The notes under the pieces were generated by a model. It was not told the DNA's origin, searched no databases, and saw only the letters and a program-made list of their open reading frames with translations. Positions 15,001 to 30,000 of a stretch of 64,000 nucleotides of DNA are shown here, one piece after another; positions within the stretch are counted from its first letter, which is position 1, and every line of letters starts with the position of its first letter. Origin of the DNA: Rebecca billardiae RCC1528. Its lineage: Eukaryota > Protista > Haptophyta. The stretch lies in the NCBI GenBank assembly GCA_965240325.2, contig OZ251228.1, forward strand, positions 930,001 to 994,000, read 5' to 3'. The translations under genes were made by a program, and so were the position numbers.

Positions 15001-18000
15001 AGACACAGCCACGCTCGGCAAAGTCGAGCACCGATGCCGCGAGCGGCTGCGCCGCCGTGCGCGCGTCTCCGCCCACACGTTGCGCCCAACAGCTCGTCCC
15101 AGCAGCGGCAGCCATTCCGTCGCCGCGCGGCGGCCATTCCGTCACCTCGCGGCGGCCATTCCGTCACCGGCCTGCAGCCACTGCTCGGCGCGCATCTCGG
15201 AGCGCGCGGCGAGGACGCCGGCGGAGACACAGCCACGCTCGGCAAAGTCGAGCGCCGATGCCGCGAGTGGCTGCGCCGCCGTGCGCGCAACTCCGCCCGC
15301 ACGTTGCGCCCAGCAAGCTCGTCCCAGCAGCGGCAGCCATTCCGTCGCCGCGCGGCGGCCATTCCGTCACCTCGCGGCGGCCATTCCGTCACCGGCCTGC
15401 AGCCACCGCTCGGCGCGCATCTCGGAGCGCGCGGCGAGGACGCCGGCGGAGACACAGCCACGCTCGGCAAAGTCGAGCGCCGATGTCGCGAGCGGCTGCG
15501 CCGCCGTGCGCGCGTCTCCGCCCGCACGTTGCGCCCAGCAAGCTCGTCCCAGCAGCGGCAGCCATTCCGCCGCCGTGCGGCGGCCATTCCGTCACCTCGC
15601 GGCGGCCATTCCGTCACCGGCCTGCAGCCAACGCTCGGCGCGCATCTCGGAGCGCGCGGCGAGGACGCCGGCGAAGACACAGCCACGCTTGGCAAAGTCG
15701 AGCCCCGATGCGGCCAGCGGCTGCGCTGCCGTGCGCGCAACTCCGCCCGCACGTTGCGCCCAGCAAGCTCGTCCCAGCAGCGGCAGCCATTCCGTCGCCG
15801 CGCGGCGGCCATTCCGTCACCTCGCGGCGGCCATTCCGTCACCGGCCTGCAGCCACCGCTCGGCGCGCATCTCGGAGCGCGCGGCGAGGACGCCGGCGGA
15901 GACACAGCCACGCTCGGCAGCGTCGAGCGCCGATGTCGCGAGCGGCTGCGCCGCCGTGCGCGCGTCTCCGCCCGCACGTTGCGCCCAGCAAGCTCGTCCC
16001 AGCAGCGGCAGCCATTCCGTCGCCGCGCGGCGGCCATTCCGTCACCTCGCGGCGGCCATTCCGTCACCGGCCTGCAGCCACCGCTCGGCGCGCATCTCGG
16101 AGCGCGCGGCGAGGACGCCGGCGGAGACACAGCCACGCTCAGCGTCGAGCGCCGATGCCGCGAGCGGCTGCGCCGCCGTGCGCGCGTCTCCGCCCGCACG
16201 TTGCGCCCAGCAATCTCGTCCCAGCAGCGGCAGCCATTCCGTCGGCGCGCGGCGGCCATTCCGTCACCTCGCGGCGGCCATTCCGTCACCGGCCTGCAGC
16301 CACCGCTCGGCGCGCATCTCGGAGCGCGCGGCGAGGACGCCGGCGGAGACACAGCCACGCTTGGCAGCGTCGAGCGCCGATGCCGCGAGCGGCTGCGCCG
16401 CCGTGCGCGCGTCTCCGCCCGCACGTTGCGCCCAGCAAGCTCGTCCCAGCAGCGGCAGCCATTCCGTCGCCGCGCGGCGGCCATTCCGTCACCTCGCGGC
16501 GGCCATTCCGTCACCGGCCTGCAGCCACCGCTCGGCGCGCATCTCGGAGCGCGCGGCGAGGACGCCGGCGGAGACACAGCCACGCTTGGCAGCGTCGAGC
16601 GCCGATGCCGCGAGCGGCTGCGCCGCCGTGCGCGCGTCTCCGCCTGCACGCTGCGCCCAACAGCTCGTCCCAGCAGCGGCAGCCATTCCGTCGCCGCGCG
16701 GCGGCCATTCCGTCACCTCGCGGCGGCCATTCCGTCACCGGCCTGCAGCCACCGCTCGGCGCGCATCTCGGAGCGCGCGGCGAGGACGCCGGCGGAGACA
16801 CAGCCACGCTTGGCAGCGTCGAGCGCCGATGCCGCGAGCGGCAGCGCCGCCGTGCGCGCAACTCCGCCCGCACGTTGCGCCCAGCAAGCTCGTCCCAGCA
16901 GCGGCAGCCATTCCGTCGCCGCGCGGCGGCCATTCCATCACCTCGCGGCGGCCATTCCGTCACCGGCCTGCAGCCACCGCTCGGCGCGCATCTCGGAGCG
17001 CGCGGCGAGGACGCCGGCGGAGACACAGCCACGCTCGGCAAAGTCGAGCGCCGATGCCGCGAGCGGCTGCGCCGCCGTGCGCGCGTCTCCGCCCACACGT
17101 TGCGCGCAACAGCTCGTCCCAGCAGCGGCAGCCATTCCGTCGCCGCGCGGCGGCCATTCCGTCACCTCGCGGCGGCCATTCCGTCACCGGCCTGCAGCCA
17201 CAGCTCGGCGCGCATCTCGGAGCGCGTGGCGAGGACGCCGGCGGAGACACAGCCACGCTTGGCAGCGTCGAGCGCCGCGTCGCGAGCGGCTGCGCCGCCG
17301 TGCGCGCGTCTCCGCCCACACGCCGCGCCGAACAGCTCGTCCCAGCAGCGGCAGCCATTCCGTCGCCGCGCGGCGGCCATTCCGTCACCTCGCGGCGGCC
17401 ATTCCGTCACCGGCCTGCAGCCACCGCTCGGCGCGCATCTCGGAGCGCGCGGCGAGGACGCCGGCGGAGACACAGCCACGCTCGGCAGCGTCGAGCGCCG
17501 ATGCCGCGAGCGGCTGCGCCGCCGTGCGCGCGTCTCCGCCCGCACGTTGCGCCCAGCAAGCTCGTCCCAGCAGCGGCAGCCATTCCGTCGCCGCGCGGCG
17601 GCCATTCCGTCACCTCGCGGCGGCCATTCCGTCACCGGCCTGCAGCCACCGCTCGGCGCGCATCTCGGAGCGCGCGGCGAGGACGCCGGCGGAGACACAG
17701 CCACGCTCGGCAGCGTCGAGCGCCGATGCCGCGAGCGGCTGCGCCGCCGTGCGCGCGTCTCCGCCCACACGTTGCGCCCAACAGCTCGTCCCAGCAGCGG
17801 CAGCCATTCCGTCGCCGCGCGGCGGCCATTCCGTCACCTCGCGGCGGCCATTCCGTCACCGGCCTGCAGCCACTGCTCGGCGCGCATCTCGGAGCGCGCG
17901 GCGAGGACGCCGGCGGAGACACAGCCACGCTCGGCAGCGTCGAGCGCCGCGTCGCGAGCGGCTGCGCCGCCGTGCGCGCGTCTCCACTTGCACGCCGCGC

Positions 18001-21000
18001 CCAACAGCTCGTCCCAGCAGCGGCAGCCATTCCGTCACCTCGCGGCGGCCATTCCGTCACCTCGCGGCGGCCATTCCGTCACCGGCCTGCAGCCACTGCT
18101 CGGCGCGCATCTCGGAGCGCGCGGCGAGGACGCCGGCGGAGACACAGCCACGCTCGGCAGCGTCGAGCACCGACGCCGCGAGCGGCTGCGCCGCCGTGCG
18201 CGCGTCTCCGCCCGCACGTTGCGCCCAGCAAGCTCGTCCCAGCAGCGGCAGCCATTCCGTCGCCGCGCGGCGGCCATTCCGTCACCTCGCGGCGGCCATT
18301 CCGTCACCGGCCTGCAGCCACTGCTCGGCGCGCATCTCGGAGCGCGCGGCGAGGACGCCGGCGGAGACACAGCCACGCTCGGCAGCGTCGAGCGCCGCGT
18401 CGCGAGCGGCTGCGCCGCCGTGCGCGCGTCTCCGCCTGCACGCTGCGCCCAACAGCTCGTCCCAGCAGCGGCAGCCATTCCGTCACCTCGCGGCGGCCGT
18501 TCCGTCACCTCGCAGCGGCCATTCCGTCACCGGCCTGCAGCCACCGCTCGGCGCGCATCTCGGAGCGCGCGGCGAGGACGCCGGCGGAGACACAGCCACG
18601 CTCGGCCGCGTCGAGCACCGACGCCGCGAGCGGCTGCGCCGCCGTGCGCGCGTCTCCGCCCGCACGTTGCGCCCAGCAAGCTCGTCCCAGCAGCGGCAGC
18701 CATTCCGTCGCCACGCAGCGGCCATTCCATCACCGGCCTGCAGCCACTGCTCGGCGCGCATCTCGGAGCGCGCGGCGAGGACGCCGGCGGAGACACAGCC
18801 ACGCTCGGCAGCGTCGAGCGCCGATGCCGCGAGCGGCTGCGCCGCCGTGCGCGCGTCTCCGCCCACACGCCGCGCCCAACAGCTCGTCCCAGCAGCGGCA
18901 GCCATTCCGTCGCCGCGCAGCGGCCATTCCGTCACCTCGCGGCGGCCATTCCGTCACCGGCCTGCAGCCACCGCTCGGCGCGCATCTCGGAGCGCGCGGC
19001 GAGGACGCCGGCGGAGACACAGCCACGCTCGGCAAAGTCGAGCGCCACGTCGCGAGCGGCTGCGCCGCCGTGCGCGCGTCTCCGCCTGCACGCCGCGCCC
19101 AACAGCTCGTCCCAGCAGCGGCAGCCATTCCGTCACCTCGCGGCGGCCATTCCGTCACCTCGCGGCGGCCATTCCGTCACCGGCCTGCAGCCACTGCTCG
19201 GCGCGCATCTCGGAGCGCGCGGCGAGGACGCCGGCGGAGACACAGCCACGCTCGGCAAAGTCGAGCGCCGATGCCGCGAGCGGCTGAGCCGCCGTGCGCG
19301 CGTCTCCGCCCGCACGTTGCGCCCAGCAAGCTCGTCCCAGCAGCGGCAGCCATTCCGTCGCCGCGCGGCGGCCATTCCGTCACCTCGCGGCGGCCATTCC
19401 GTCACCGGCCTGCAGCCACCGCTCGGCGCGCATCTCGGAGCGCGCGGCGAGGACGCCGGCGGAGACACAGCCACGCTCGGCAAAGTCGAGCGCCGATGCC
19501 GCGAGCGGCTGCGCCGCCGTGCGCGCAACTCCGCCCGCACGTTGCGCCCAGCAAGCTCGTCCCAGCAGCGGCAGCCATTCCGTCGCCGCGCGGCGGCCAT
19601 TCCGTCACCTCGCGGCGGCCATTCCGTCACCGGCCTGCAGCCACCGCTCGGCGCGCATCTCGGAGCGCGCGGCGAGGACGCCGGCGGAGACACAGCCACG
19701 CTCGGCAAAGTCGAGCGCCGATGCCGCGAGCGGCTGCGCCGCCGTGCGCGCAACTCCGCCCGCACGTTGCGCCCAGCAAGCTCGTCCCAGCAGCGGCAGC
19801 CATTCCGTCGCCGCGCGGCGGCCATTCCGTCACCTCGCGGCGGCCATTCCGTCACCGGCCTGCAGCCACCGCTCGGCGCGCATCTCGGAGCGCGCGGCGA
19901 GGACGCCGGCGGAGACACAGCCACGCTCGGCAGCGTCGAGCGCCGATGCCGCGAGCGGCTGCGCCGCCGTGCGCGCGTCTCCGCCCACACGTTGCGCCCA
20001 ACAGCTCGTCCCAGCAGCGGCAGCCATTCCGTCGCCGCGCGGCGGCCATTCCGTCACCTCGCGGCGGCCATTCCGTCACCGGCCTGCAGCCACTGCTCGG
20101 CGCGCATCTCGGAGCGCGCGGCGAGGACGCCGGCGGAGACACAGCCACGCTTGGCAGCGTCGAGCGCCGATGCCGCGAGCGGCTGCGCCGCCGTGCGCGC
20201 GTCTCCACTTGCACGCCGCGCCCAACAGCTCGTCCCAGCAGCGGCAGCCATTCCGTCACCTCGCGGCGGCCATTCCGTCACCTCGCGGCGGCCATTCCGT
20301 CACCGGCCTGCAGCCACTGCTCGGCGCGCATCTCGGAGCGCGCGGCGAGGACGCCGGCGGAGACACAGCCACGCTCGGCAGCGTCGAGCACCGACGCCGC
20401 GAGCGGCTGCGCCGCCGTGCGCGCGTCTCCGCCCGCACGTTGCGCCCAGCAAGCTCGTCCCAGCAGCGGCAGCCATTCCGTCGCCGCGCGGCGGCCATTC
20501 CGTCACCTCGCGGCGGCCATTCCGTCACCGGCCTGCAGCCACTGCTCGGCGCGCATCTCGGAGCGCGCGGCGAGGACGCCGGCGGAGACACAGCCACGCT
20601 CGGCAGCGTCGAGCGCCGCGTCGCGAGCGGCTGCGCCGCCGTGCGCGCGTCTCCGCCTGCACGCCGCGCCCAACAGCTCGTCCCAGCAGCGGCAGCCATT
20701 CCGTCACCTCGCGGCGGCCATTCCGTCACCTCGCGGCGGCCATTCCGTCACCGGCCTGCAGCCACTGCTCGGCGCGCATCTCGGAGCGCGCGGCGAGGAC
20801 GCCGGCGGAGACACAGCCACGCTCGGCAGCGTCGAGCACCGACGCCGCGAGCGGCTGCGCCGCCGTGCGCGCGTCTCCGCCCGCACGTTGCGCCCAGCAA
20901 GCTCGTCCCAGCAGCGGCAGCCATTCCGTCGCCGCGCGGCGGCCATTCCGTCACCGGCCTGCAGCCACTGCTCGGCGCGCATCTCGGAGCGCGCGGCGAG

Positions 21001-24000
21001 GACGCCGGCGGAGACACAGCCACGCTCGGCAGCGTCGAGCGCCGATGCCGCGAGCGGCTGCGCCGCCGTGCGCGCGTCTCCGCCCACACGCCGCGCCCAA
21101 CAGCTCGTCCCAGCAGCGGCAGCCATTCCGTCGCCGCGCAGCGGCCATTCCGTCACCTCGCGGCGGCCATTCCGTCACCGGCCTGCAGCCACCGCTCGGC
21201 GCGCATCTCGGAGCGCGCGGCGAGGACGCCGGCGGAGACACAGCCACGCTCGGCAAAGTCGAGCGCCACGTCGCGAGCGGCTGCGCCGCCGTGCGCGCGT
21301 CTCCGCCTGCACGCCGCGCCCAACAGCTCGTCCCAGCAGCGGCAGCCATTCCGTCACCTCGCGGCGGCCATTCCGTCACCTCGCGGCGGCCATTCCGTCA
21401 CCGGCCTGCAGCCACTGCTCGGCGCGCATCTCGGAGCGCGCGGCGAGGACGCCGGCGGAGACACAGCCACGCTCGGCAGCGTCGAGCACCGACGCCGCGA
21501 GCGGCTGCGCCGCCGTGCGCGCGTCTCCGCCCGCACGTTGCGCCCAGCAAGCTCGTCCCAGCAGCGGCAGCCATTCCGTCGCCGCGCGGCGGCCATTCCG
21601 TCACCGGCCTGCAGCCACTGCTCGGCGCGCATCTCGGAGCGCGCGGCGAGGACGCCGGCGGAGACACAGCCACGCTCGGCAGCGTCGAGCGCCGATGCCG
21701 CGAGCGGCTGCGCCGCCGTGCGCGCGTCTCCGCCCACACGCCGCGCCCAACAGCTCGTCCCAGCAGCGGCAGCCATTCCGTCGCCGCGCAGCGGCCATTC
21801 CGTCACCTCGCGGCGGCCATTCCGTCACCGGCCTGCAGCCACCGCTCGGCGCGCATCTCGGAGCGCGCGGCGAGGACGCCGGCGGAGACACAGCCACGCT
21901 CGGCAAAGTCGAGCGCCACGTCGCGAGCGGCTGCGCCGCCGTGCGCGCGTCTCCGCCTGCACGCCGCGCCCAACAGCTCGTCCCAGCAGCGGCAGCCATT
22001 CCGTCACCTCGCGGCGGCCATTCCGTCACCTCGCGGCGGCCATTCCGTCACCGGCCTGCAGCCACTGCTCGGCGCGCATCTCGGAGCGCGCGGCGAGGAC
22101 GCCGGCGGAGACACAGCCACGCTCGGCAGCGTCGAGCGCCGATGCCGCGAGCGGCTGCGCCGCCGTGCGCGCGTCTCCGCCCGCACGTTGCGCCCAGCAA
22201 GCTCGTCCCAGCAGCGGCAGCCATTCCGTCACCTCGCGGCGGCCATTCCGTCACCTCGCGGCGGCCATTCCGTCACCGGCCTGCAGCCAGCCAGCCACCG
22301 CTCGGCGCGCATCTCGGAGCGCGCGGCGAGGACGCCGGCGGAGACACAGCCACGCTCGGCAGCGTCGAGCGCCGCGTCGCGAGCGGCTGCGCCGCCGTGC
22401 GCGCGTCTCCGCCTGCACGCCGCGCCCAACAGCTCGTCCCAGCAGCGGCAGCCATTCCGTCGCCGCGCGGCGGCCATTCCGTCACCTCGCGGCGGCCATT
22501 CCGTCACCGGCCTGCAGCCACTGCTCGGCGCGCATCTCGGAGCGCGCGGCGAGGACGCCGGCGGAGACACAGCCACGCTCGTCCGCGTCGAGCACCGACG
22601 CCGCGAGCGGCTGCGCCGCCGTGCGCGCGTCTCCGCCCGCACGTTGCGCCCAGCAAGCTCGTCCCAGCAGCGGCAGCCATTCCGTCGCCGCGCGGCGGCC
22701 ATTCCGTCACCTCGCGGCGGCCATTCCGTCACCGGCCTGCAGCCACCGCTCGGCGCGCATCTCGAAGCGCGCGGCGAGGACGCCGGCGGAGACACAGCCA
22801 CGCTTGGCAGCGTCGAGCGCCGATGCCGCGAGCGGCAGCGCCGCCGTGCGCGCAACTCCGCCCGCACGTTGCGCCCAGCAAGCTCGTCCCAGCAGCGGCA
22901 GCCATTCCGTCGCCGCGCGGCGGCCATTCCGTCACCTCGCGGCGGCCATTCCGTCACCGGCCTGCAGCCACCGCTCGGCGCGCATCTCGGAGCGCGCGGC
23001 GAGGACGCCGGCGGAGACACAGCCACGCTCGGCAGCGTCGAGCGCCGATGCCGCGAGCGGCTGCGCCGCCGTGCGCGCAACTCCGCCCGCACGTTGCGCC
23101 CAGCAAGCTCGTCCCAGCAGCGGCAGCCATTCCGTCGCCGCGCGGCGGCCATTCCGTCACCTCGCGGCGGCCATTCCGTCACCGGCCTGCAGCCACCGCT
23201 CGGCGCGCATCTCGGAGCGCGCGGCGAGGACGCCGGCGGAGACACAGCCACGCTCGGCAGCGTCGAGCGCCGATGCCGCGAGCGGCTGCGCCGCCGTGCG
23301 CGCGTCTCCGCCCACACGTTGCGCCCAACAGCTCGTCCCAGCAGCGGCAGCCATTCCGTCGCCGCGCGGCGGCCATTCCGTCATCTCGCGGCGGCCATTC
23401 CGTCACCGGCCTGCAGCCACTGCTCGGCGCGCATCTCGGAGCGCGCGGCGAGGACGCCGGCGGAGACACAGCCACGCTCGGCAGCGTCGAGCGCCGCGTC
23501 GCGAGCGGCTGCGCCGCCGTGCGCGCGTCTCCACCTGCACGCCGCGCCCAACAGCTCGTCCCAGCAGCGGCAGCCATTCCGTCACCTCGCGGCGGCCATT
23601 CCGTCACCTCGCGGCGGCCATTCCGTCACCGGCCTGCAGCCACTGCTCGGCGCGCATCTCGGAGCGCGCGGCGAGGACGCCGGCGGAGACACAGCCACGC
23701 TCGGCAGCGTCGAGCACCGACGCCGCGAGCGGCTGCGCCGCCGTGCGCGCGTCTCCGCCCGCACGTTGCGCCCAGCAAGCTCGTCCCAGCAGCGGCAGCC
23801 ATTCCGTCGCCGCGCGGCGGCCATTCCGTCACCTCGCGGCGGCCATTCCGTCACCGGCCTGCAGCCACTGCTCGGCGCGCATCTCGGAGCGCGCGGCGAG
23901 GACGCCGGCGGAGACACAGCCACGCTCGGCAGCGTCGAGCGCCGCGTCGCGAGCGGCTGCGCCGCCGTGCGCGCGTCTCCGCCTGCACGCCGCGCCCAAC

Positions 24001-27000
24001 AGCTCGTCCCAGCAGCGGCAGCCATTCCGTCACCTCGCGGCGGCCATTCCGTCACCTCGCGGCGGCCATTCCGTCACCGGCCTGCAGCCACTGCTCGGCG
24101 CGCATCTCGGAGCGCGCGGCGAGGACGCCGGCGGAGACACAGCCACGCTCGGCAGCGTCGAGCACCGACGCCGCGAGCGGCTGCGCCGCCGTGCGCGCGT
24201 CTCCGCCCGCACGTTGCGCCCAGCAAGCTCGTCCCAGCAGCGGCAGCCATTCCGTCGCCGCGCGGCGGCCATTCCGTCACCTCGCGGCGGCCATTCCGTC
24301 ACCGGCCTGCAGCCACTGCTCGGCGCGCATCTCGGAGCGCGCGGCGAGGACGCCGGCGGAGACACAGCCACGCTCGGCAAAGTCGAGCGCCGATGCCGCG
24401 AGCGGCTGCGCCGCCGTGCGCGCGTCTCCGCCCACACGCCGCGCCCAACAGCTCGTCCCAGCAGCGGCAGCCATTCCGTCGCCGCGCGGCGGCCATTCCG
24501 TCACCTCGCGGCGGCCATTCCGTCACCGGCCTGCAGCCACCGCTCGGCGCGCATCTCGGAGCGCGCGGCGAGGACGCCGGCGGAGACACAGTCACGCTCG
24601 GCAAAGTCGAGCGCCGATGCCGCGAGCGGCTGCGCCGCCGTGCGCGCGTCTCCGCCCGCACGTTGCGCCCAGCAAGCTCGTCCCAGCAGCGGCAGCCATT
24701 CCGTCACCTCGCGGCGGCCATTCCGTCACCTCGCGGCGGCCATTCCGTCACCGGCCTGCAGCCACTGCTCGGCGCGCATCTCGGAGCGCGCGGCGAGGAC
24801 GCCGGCGGAGACACAGCCACGCTCGGCAGCGTCGAGCGCCGATGCCGCGAGCGGCTGCGCCGCCGTGCGCGCGTCTCCGCCCGCACGTTGCGCCCAGCAA
24901 GCTCGTCCCAGCAGCGGCAGCCATTCCGTCGCCGCGCGGCGGCCATTCCGTCACCTCGCGGCGGCCATTCCGTCACCGGCCTGCAGCCAGCCAGCCACCG
25001 CTCGGCGCGCATCTCGGAGCGCGCGGCGAGGACGCCGGCGGAGACACAGCCACGCTCGGCAGCGTCGAGCGCCGCGTCGCGAGCGGCTGCGCCGCCGTGC
25101 GCGCGTCTCCGCCTGCACGCCGCGCCCAACAGCTCGTCCCAGCAGCGGCAGCCATTCCGTCGCCGCGCGGCGGCCATTCCGTCACCTCGCGGCGGCCATT
25201 CCGTCACCGGCCTAAAGCCACTGCTCGGCGCGCATCTCGGAGCGCGCGGCGAGGACGCCGGCGGAGACACAGCCACGCTCGGCAGCGTCGAGCGCCGATG
25301 CCGCGAGCGGCTGCGCCGCCGTGCGCGCGTCTCCGCCCGCACGTTGCGCCCAGCAAGCTCGTCCCAGCAGCGGCAGCCATTCCGTCGCCGCGCGGCGGCC
25401 ATTCCGTCACCTCGCGGCGGCCATTCCGTCACCGGCCTGCAGCCACCGCTCGGCGCGCATCTCGAAGCGCGCGGCGAGGACGCCGGCGGAGACACAGCCA
25501 CGCTTGGCAGCGTCGAGCGCCGATGCCGCGTGCGGCTGCGCCGCCGTGCGCGCGTCTCCGCCTGCACGCCGCGCCCAACAGCTCGTCCCAGCAGCGGCAG
25601 CCATTCCGTCGCCGCGCGGCGGCCATTCCGTCACCTCGCGGCGGCCATTCCGTCACCGGCCTGCAGCCACCGCTCGGCGCGCATCTCGGAGCGCGCGGCG
25701 AGGACGCCGGCGGAGACACAGTCACGCTCGGCAAAGTCGAGCGCCGATGCCGCGAGCGGCTGCGCCGCCGTGCGCGCGTCTCCGCCCGCACGTTGCGCCC
25801 AGCAAGCTCGTCCCAGCAGCGGCAGCCATTCCGTCGCCGCGCGGCGGCCATTCCGTCACCTCGCGGCGGCCATTCCGTCACCGGCCTGCAGCCACCGCTC
25901 GGCGCGCATCTCGGAGCGCGCGGCGAGGACGCCGGCGCAGACACAGCCACGCTCGGCAGCGTCGAGCGCCGATGCCGCGAGGGGCTGCGCCGCCGTGCGC
26001 GCGTCTCCGCCCACACGTTGCGCCCAACAGCTCGTCCCAGCAGCGGCAGCCATTCCGTCGCCGCGCGGCGGCCATTCCGTCACCTCGCGGCGGCCATTCC
26101 GTCACCGGCATGCAGCCACTGCTCGGCGCGCATCTCGGAGCGCGCGGCGAGGACGCCGGCGGAGACACAGCCACGCTCGGCAGCGACGAGCGCCGCGTCG
26201 CGAGCGGCTGCGCCGCCGTGCGCGCGTCTCCGCCTGCACGCCGCGCCCAACAGCTCGTCCCAGCAGCTGCAGCCATTCCGTCACCTCGCGGCGGCCATTC
26301 CGTCACCGGCCTGCAGCCACCGCTCGGCGCGCATCTCGGAGCGCGCGGCGAGGACGCGCGCGGAGACACAGCCACGCTCGGCAGCGTCGAGCACCGATGC
26401 CGCGAGCGGCTGCGCCGCCGTGCGCGCGTCTCCGCCCACACGCCGCGCCCGACAATCTCGCCCCAGCAGCGGCAGCCATTCCGTCGCCGCGCGGCGGCCA
26501 TTCCGTCACCTCGCGGCGGCCATTCCGTCACCGGCCTGCAGCCACTGCTCGGCGCGCATCTCGGAGCGCGCGGCGAGGACGCCGGCGGAGACACAGCCAC
26601 GCTCGGCCGCGTCGAGCACCGATGCCGCGGGTGGCTGCGCCACCGTGCGCGCGTCTCCGCCCGCACGTTGCGCCCAGCAAGCTCGTCCGAGCAGCGGCAG
26701 CCATTCCGTCGCCGCGCGGCGGCCATTCCGTCACCTCGCGGCGGCCATTCCGTCACCGGCATGCAGCCACTGCTCGGCGCGCATCTCGGAGCGCGCGGCG
26801 AGGACGCCGGCGGAGACACAGCCACGCTCGGCAGCGTCGAGCGCCGCGTCGCGAGCGGCTGCGCCGCCGTGCGCGCGTCTCCGCCTGCACGCCGCGCCCA
26901 ACAGCTCGTCCCAGCAGCGGCAGCCATTCCGTCACCTCGCGGCGGCCATTCCGTCACCTCGCGGCGGCCATTCCGTCACCGGCCTGCAGCCACCGCTCGG

Positions 27001-30000
27001 CGCGCATCTCGGAGCGCGCGGCGAGGACGCGCGCGGAGACACAGCCACGCTCGGCAGCGTCGAGCGCCGATGCCGCGAGTGGCTGCGCCGCTGTGCGCGC
27101 GTCTCCGCCCGCACGTTGCGCCCAGCAAGCTCGTCCGAGCAGCGGCAGCCATTCCGTCGCCGCGCGGCGGCCATTCCTTCACCTCGCGGCGGCCATTCCG
27201 TCACCGGCCTGCAGCCACTGCTCGGCGCGCATCTCGGAGCGCGCGGCGAGGACGCCGGCGGAGACACAGCCACGCTCGGCAGCGTCGAGCGCCGCGTCGC
27301 GAGCGGCTGCGCCGCCGTGCGCGCGTCTCCGCCTGCACGCCGCGCCCAACAGCTCGTCCCAGCAGCGGCAGCCATTCCGTCACCTCGCGGCGGCCATTCC
27401 GTCACCTCGCGGCGGCCATTCCGTCACCGGCCTGCAGCCACCGCTCGGCGCGCATCTCGGAGCGCGCGGCGAGGACGCGCGCGGAGACACAGCCACGCTC
27501 GGCAGCGTCGAGCGCCGATGCCGCGAGTGGCTGCGCCGCTGTGCGCGCGTCTCCGCCCGCACGTTGCGCCCAGCAAGCTCGTCCGAGCAGCGGCAGCCAT
27601 TCCGTCGCCGCGCGGCGGCCATTCCTTCACCTCGCGGCGGCCATTCCGTCACCGGCCTGCAGCCACTGCTCGGCGCGCATCTCGGAGCGCGCGGCGAGGA
27701 CGCCGGCGGAGACACAGCCACGCTCGGCCGCGTCGAGCACCGATGCCGCGGGTGGCTGCGCCACCGTGCGCGCGTCTCCGCCCGCACGTTGCGCCCAGCA
27801 AGCTCGTCCGAGCAGCGGCAGCCATTCCGTCGCCGCGCGGCGGCCATTCCGTCACCTCGCGGCGGCCATTCCGTCACCGGCCTGCAGCCACTGCTCGGCG
27901 CGCATCTCGGAGCGCGCGGCGAGGACGCCGGCGGAGACACAGCCACGCTCGGCAGCGTCGAGCGCCGATGCCGCGAGTGGCTGCGCCACCATGCGCGCGT
28001 CTCCGCCCGCACGTTGCGCCCAGCAAGCTCGTCCCAGCAGCGGCAGCCATTCCGTCGCCGCGCGGCGGCCATTCCGTCACCTCGCGGCGGCCATTCCGTC
28101 ACCAGCCTGCAGCCACTGCTCGGCGCGCATCTCGGAGCGCGCGGCGAGGACGCTGGCGGAGACACAGCCACGCTCGGCAGCGTCGAGCACCGATGCCGCG
28201 AGCGGCTGCGCCGCCGTGCGCGCGTCTCCGCCGGCACGCCGCGCCCGACAAGCTCGCCCCAGCAGCGGCAGCCATTCCGTCGCCTCGCGGCGGCCATTCC
28301 GTCACCTCGCGGCAGCCATTCCGTCACCGGCCTGCAGCCACTGCTCGGCGCGCATCTCGGAGCGCGCGGCGAGGACGCCGGCGGAGACACAGCCACGCTC
28401 GGCAGCGTCGAGCACCGATGCCGCGAGTGGCTGCGCCACCGTGCGCGCGTCTCCGCCCGCACGTTGCGCCCAGCAAGCTCGTCCCAGCAGCGGCAGCCAT
28501 TCCGTCGCCGCGCGGCGGCCATTCCGTCACCTCGCGGCGGCCATTGTGTCACCGGCCTGCAGCCACCGCTCGGCGCGCATCTCGGAGCGCGCGGCGAGGA
28601 CGCGCGCGGAGACACAGCCACGCTCGGCAGCGTCGAGCACCGATGCCGCGAGCGGCTGCGCCGCCGTGCGCGCGTCTCCGCCCACACGCCGCGCCCGACA
28701 ATCTCGCCCCAGCAGCGGCAGCCATTCCGTCGCCGCGCGGCGGCCATTCCGTCACCTCGCGGCGGCCATTCCGTCACCGGCCTGCAGCCACCGCTCGGCG
28801 CGCATCTCGGAGCGCGCGGCGAGGACGCCGGCGGAGACACAGCCACGCTCGGCAGCGTCGAGCACCGATGACGCGAGTGGCTGCGCCACCGTGCGCGCGT
28901 CTCCGCCCGCACGTTGCGCCCAGCAAGCTCGTCCGAGCAGCGGCAGCCATTCCGTCGCCGCGCGGCGGCCATTCCGTCACCTTGCGGCGGCCATTCCTTC
29001 ACCAGCCTGCAGCCACTGCTCGGCGCGCATCTCGGAGCGCGCGGCGAGGACGCGCGCGGAGACACAGCCACGCTCGGCAGCGTCGAGCGCCGATGCCGTG
29101 AGCGGCTGCGCCGCTGTGCGCGCGTCTCCGCCCGCACGCCGCGCCCAGCAAGCTCGTCCGAGCAGCGGCAGCCATTCCGTCGCCGCGCGGCGGCCATTCC
29201 TTCACCTCGCGGCGGCCATTCCGTCACCGGCCTGCAGCCACTGCTCGGCGCGCATCTCGGAGCGCGCGGCGAGGACGCCGGCGGAGACACAGCCACGCTC
29301 GGCAGCGTCGAGCACCGATGCCGCGAGTGGCTGCGTCACCGTGCGCGCGTCTCCGCCCGCACGTTGCGCCCAGCAAGCTCGTCCGAGCAGCGGCAGCCAT
29401 TCCGTCGCCGCGCGGCGGCCATTCCGTCACCTCGCGGCGGCCATTCCGTCACCGGCCTGCAGCCACTGCTCGGCGCGCATCTCGGAGCGCGCGGCGAGGA
29501 CGCCGGCGGAGACACAGCCACGCTCGGCAGCGTCGAGCACCGATGCCGCGAGTGGCTGCGCCACCGTGCGCGCGTCTCCGCCCGCACGTTGCGCCCAGCA
29601 AGCTCGTCCGAGCAGCGGCAGCCATTCCGTCGCCGCGCGGCGGCCATTCCGTCACCTCGCGGCGGCCATTCCGTCACCAGCCTGCAGCCACTGCTCGGCG
29701 CGCATCTCGGAGCGCGCGGCGAGGACGCGCGCGGAGACACAGCCACGCTCGGCAGCGTCGAGCACCGATGCCGCGAGCGGCTGCGCCGCCGTGCGCGCGT
29801 CTCCGCCGGCACGCCGCGCCCGACAATCTCGCCCCAGCAGCGGCAGCCATTCCGTCGCCGCGCGGCGGCCATTCCGTCACCTCGCGGCGGCCATTCCGTC
29901 ACCGGCCTGCAGCCACCGCTCGGCGCGCATCTCGGAGCGCGCGGCGAGGACGCCGGCGGAGACACAGCCACGCTCGGCAGCGTCGAGCACCGATGCCGCG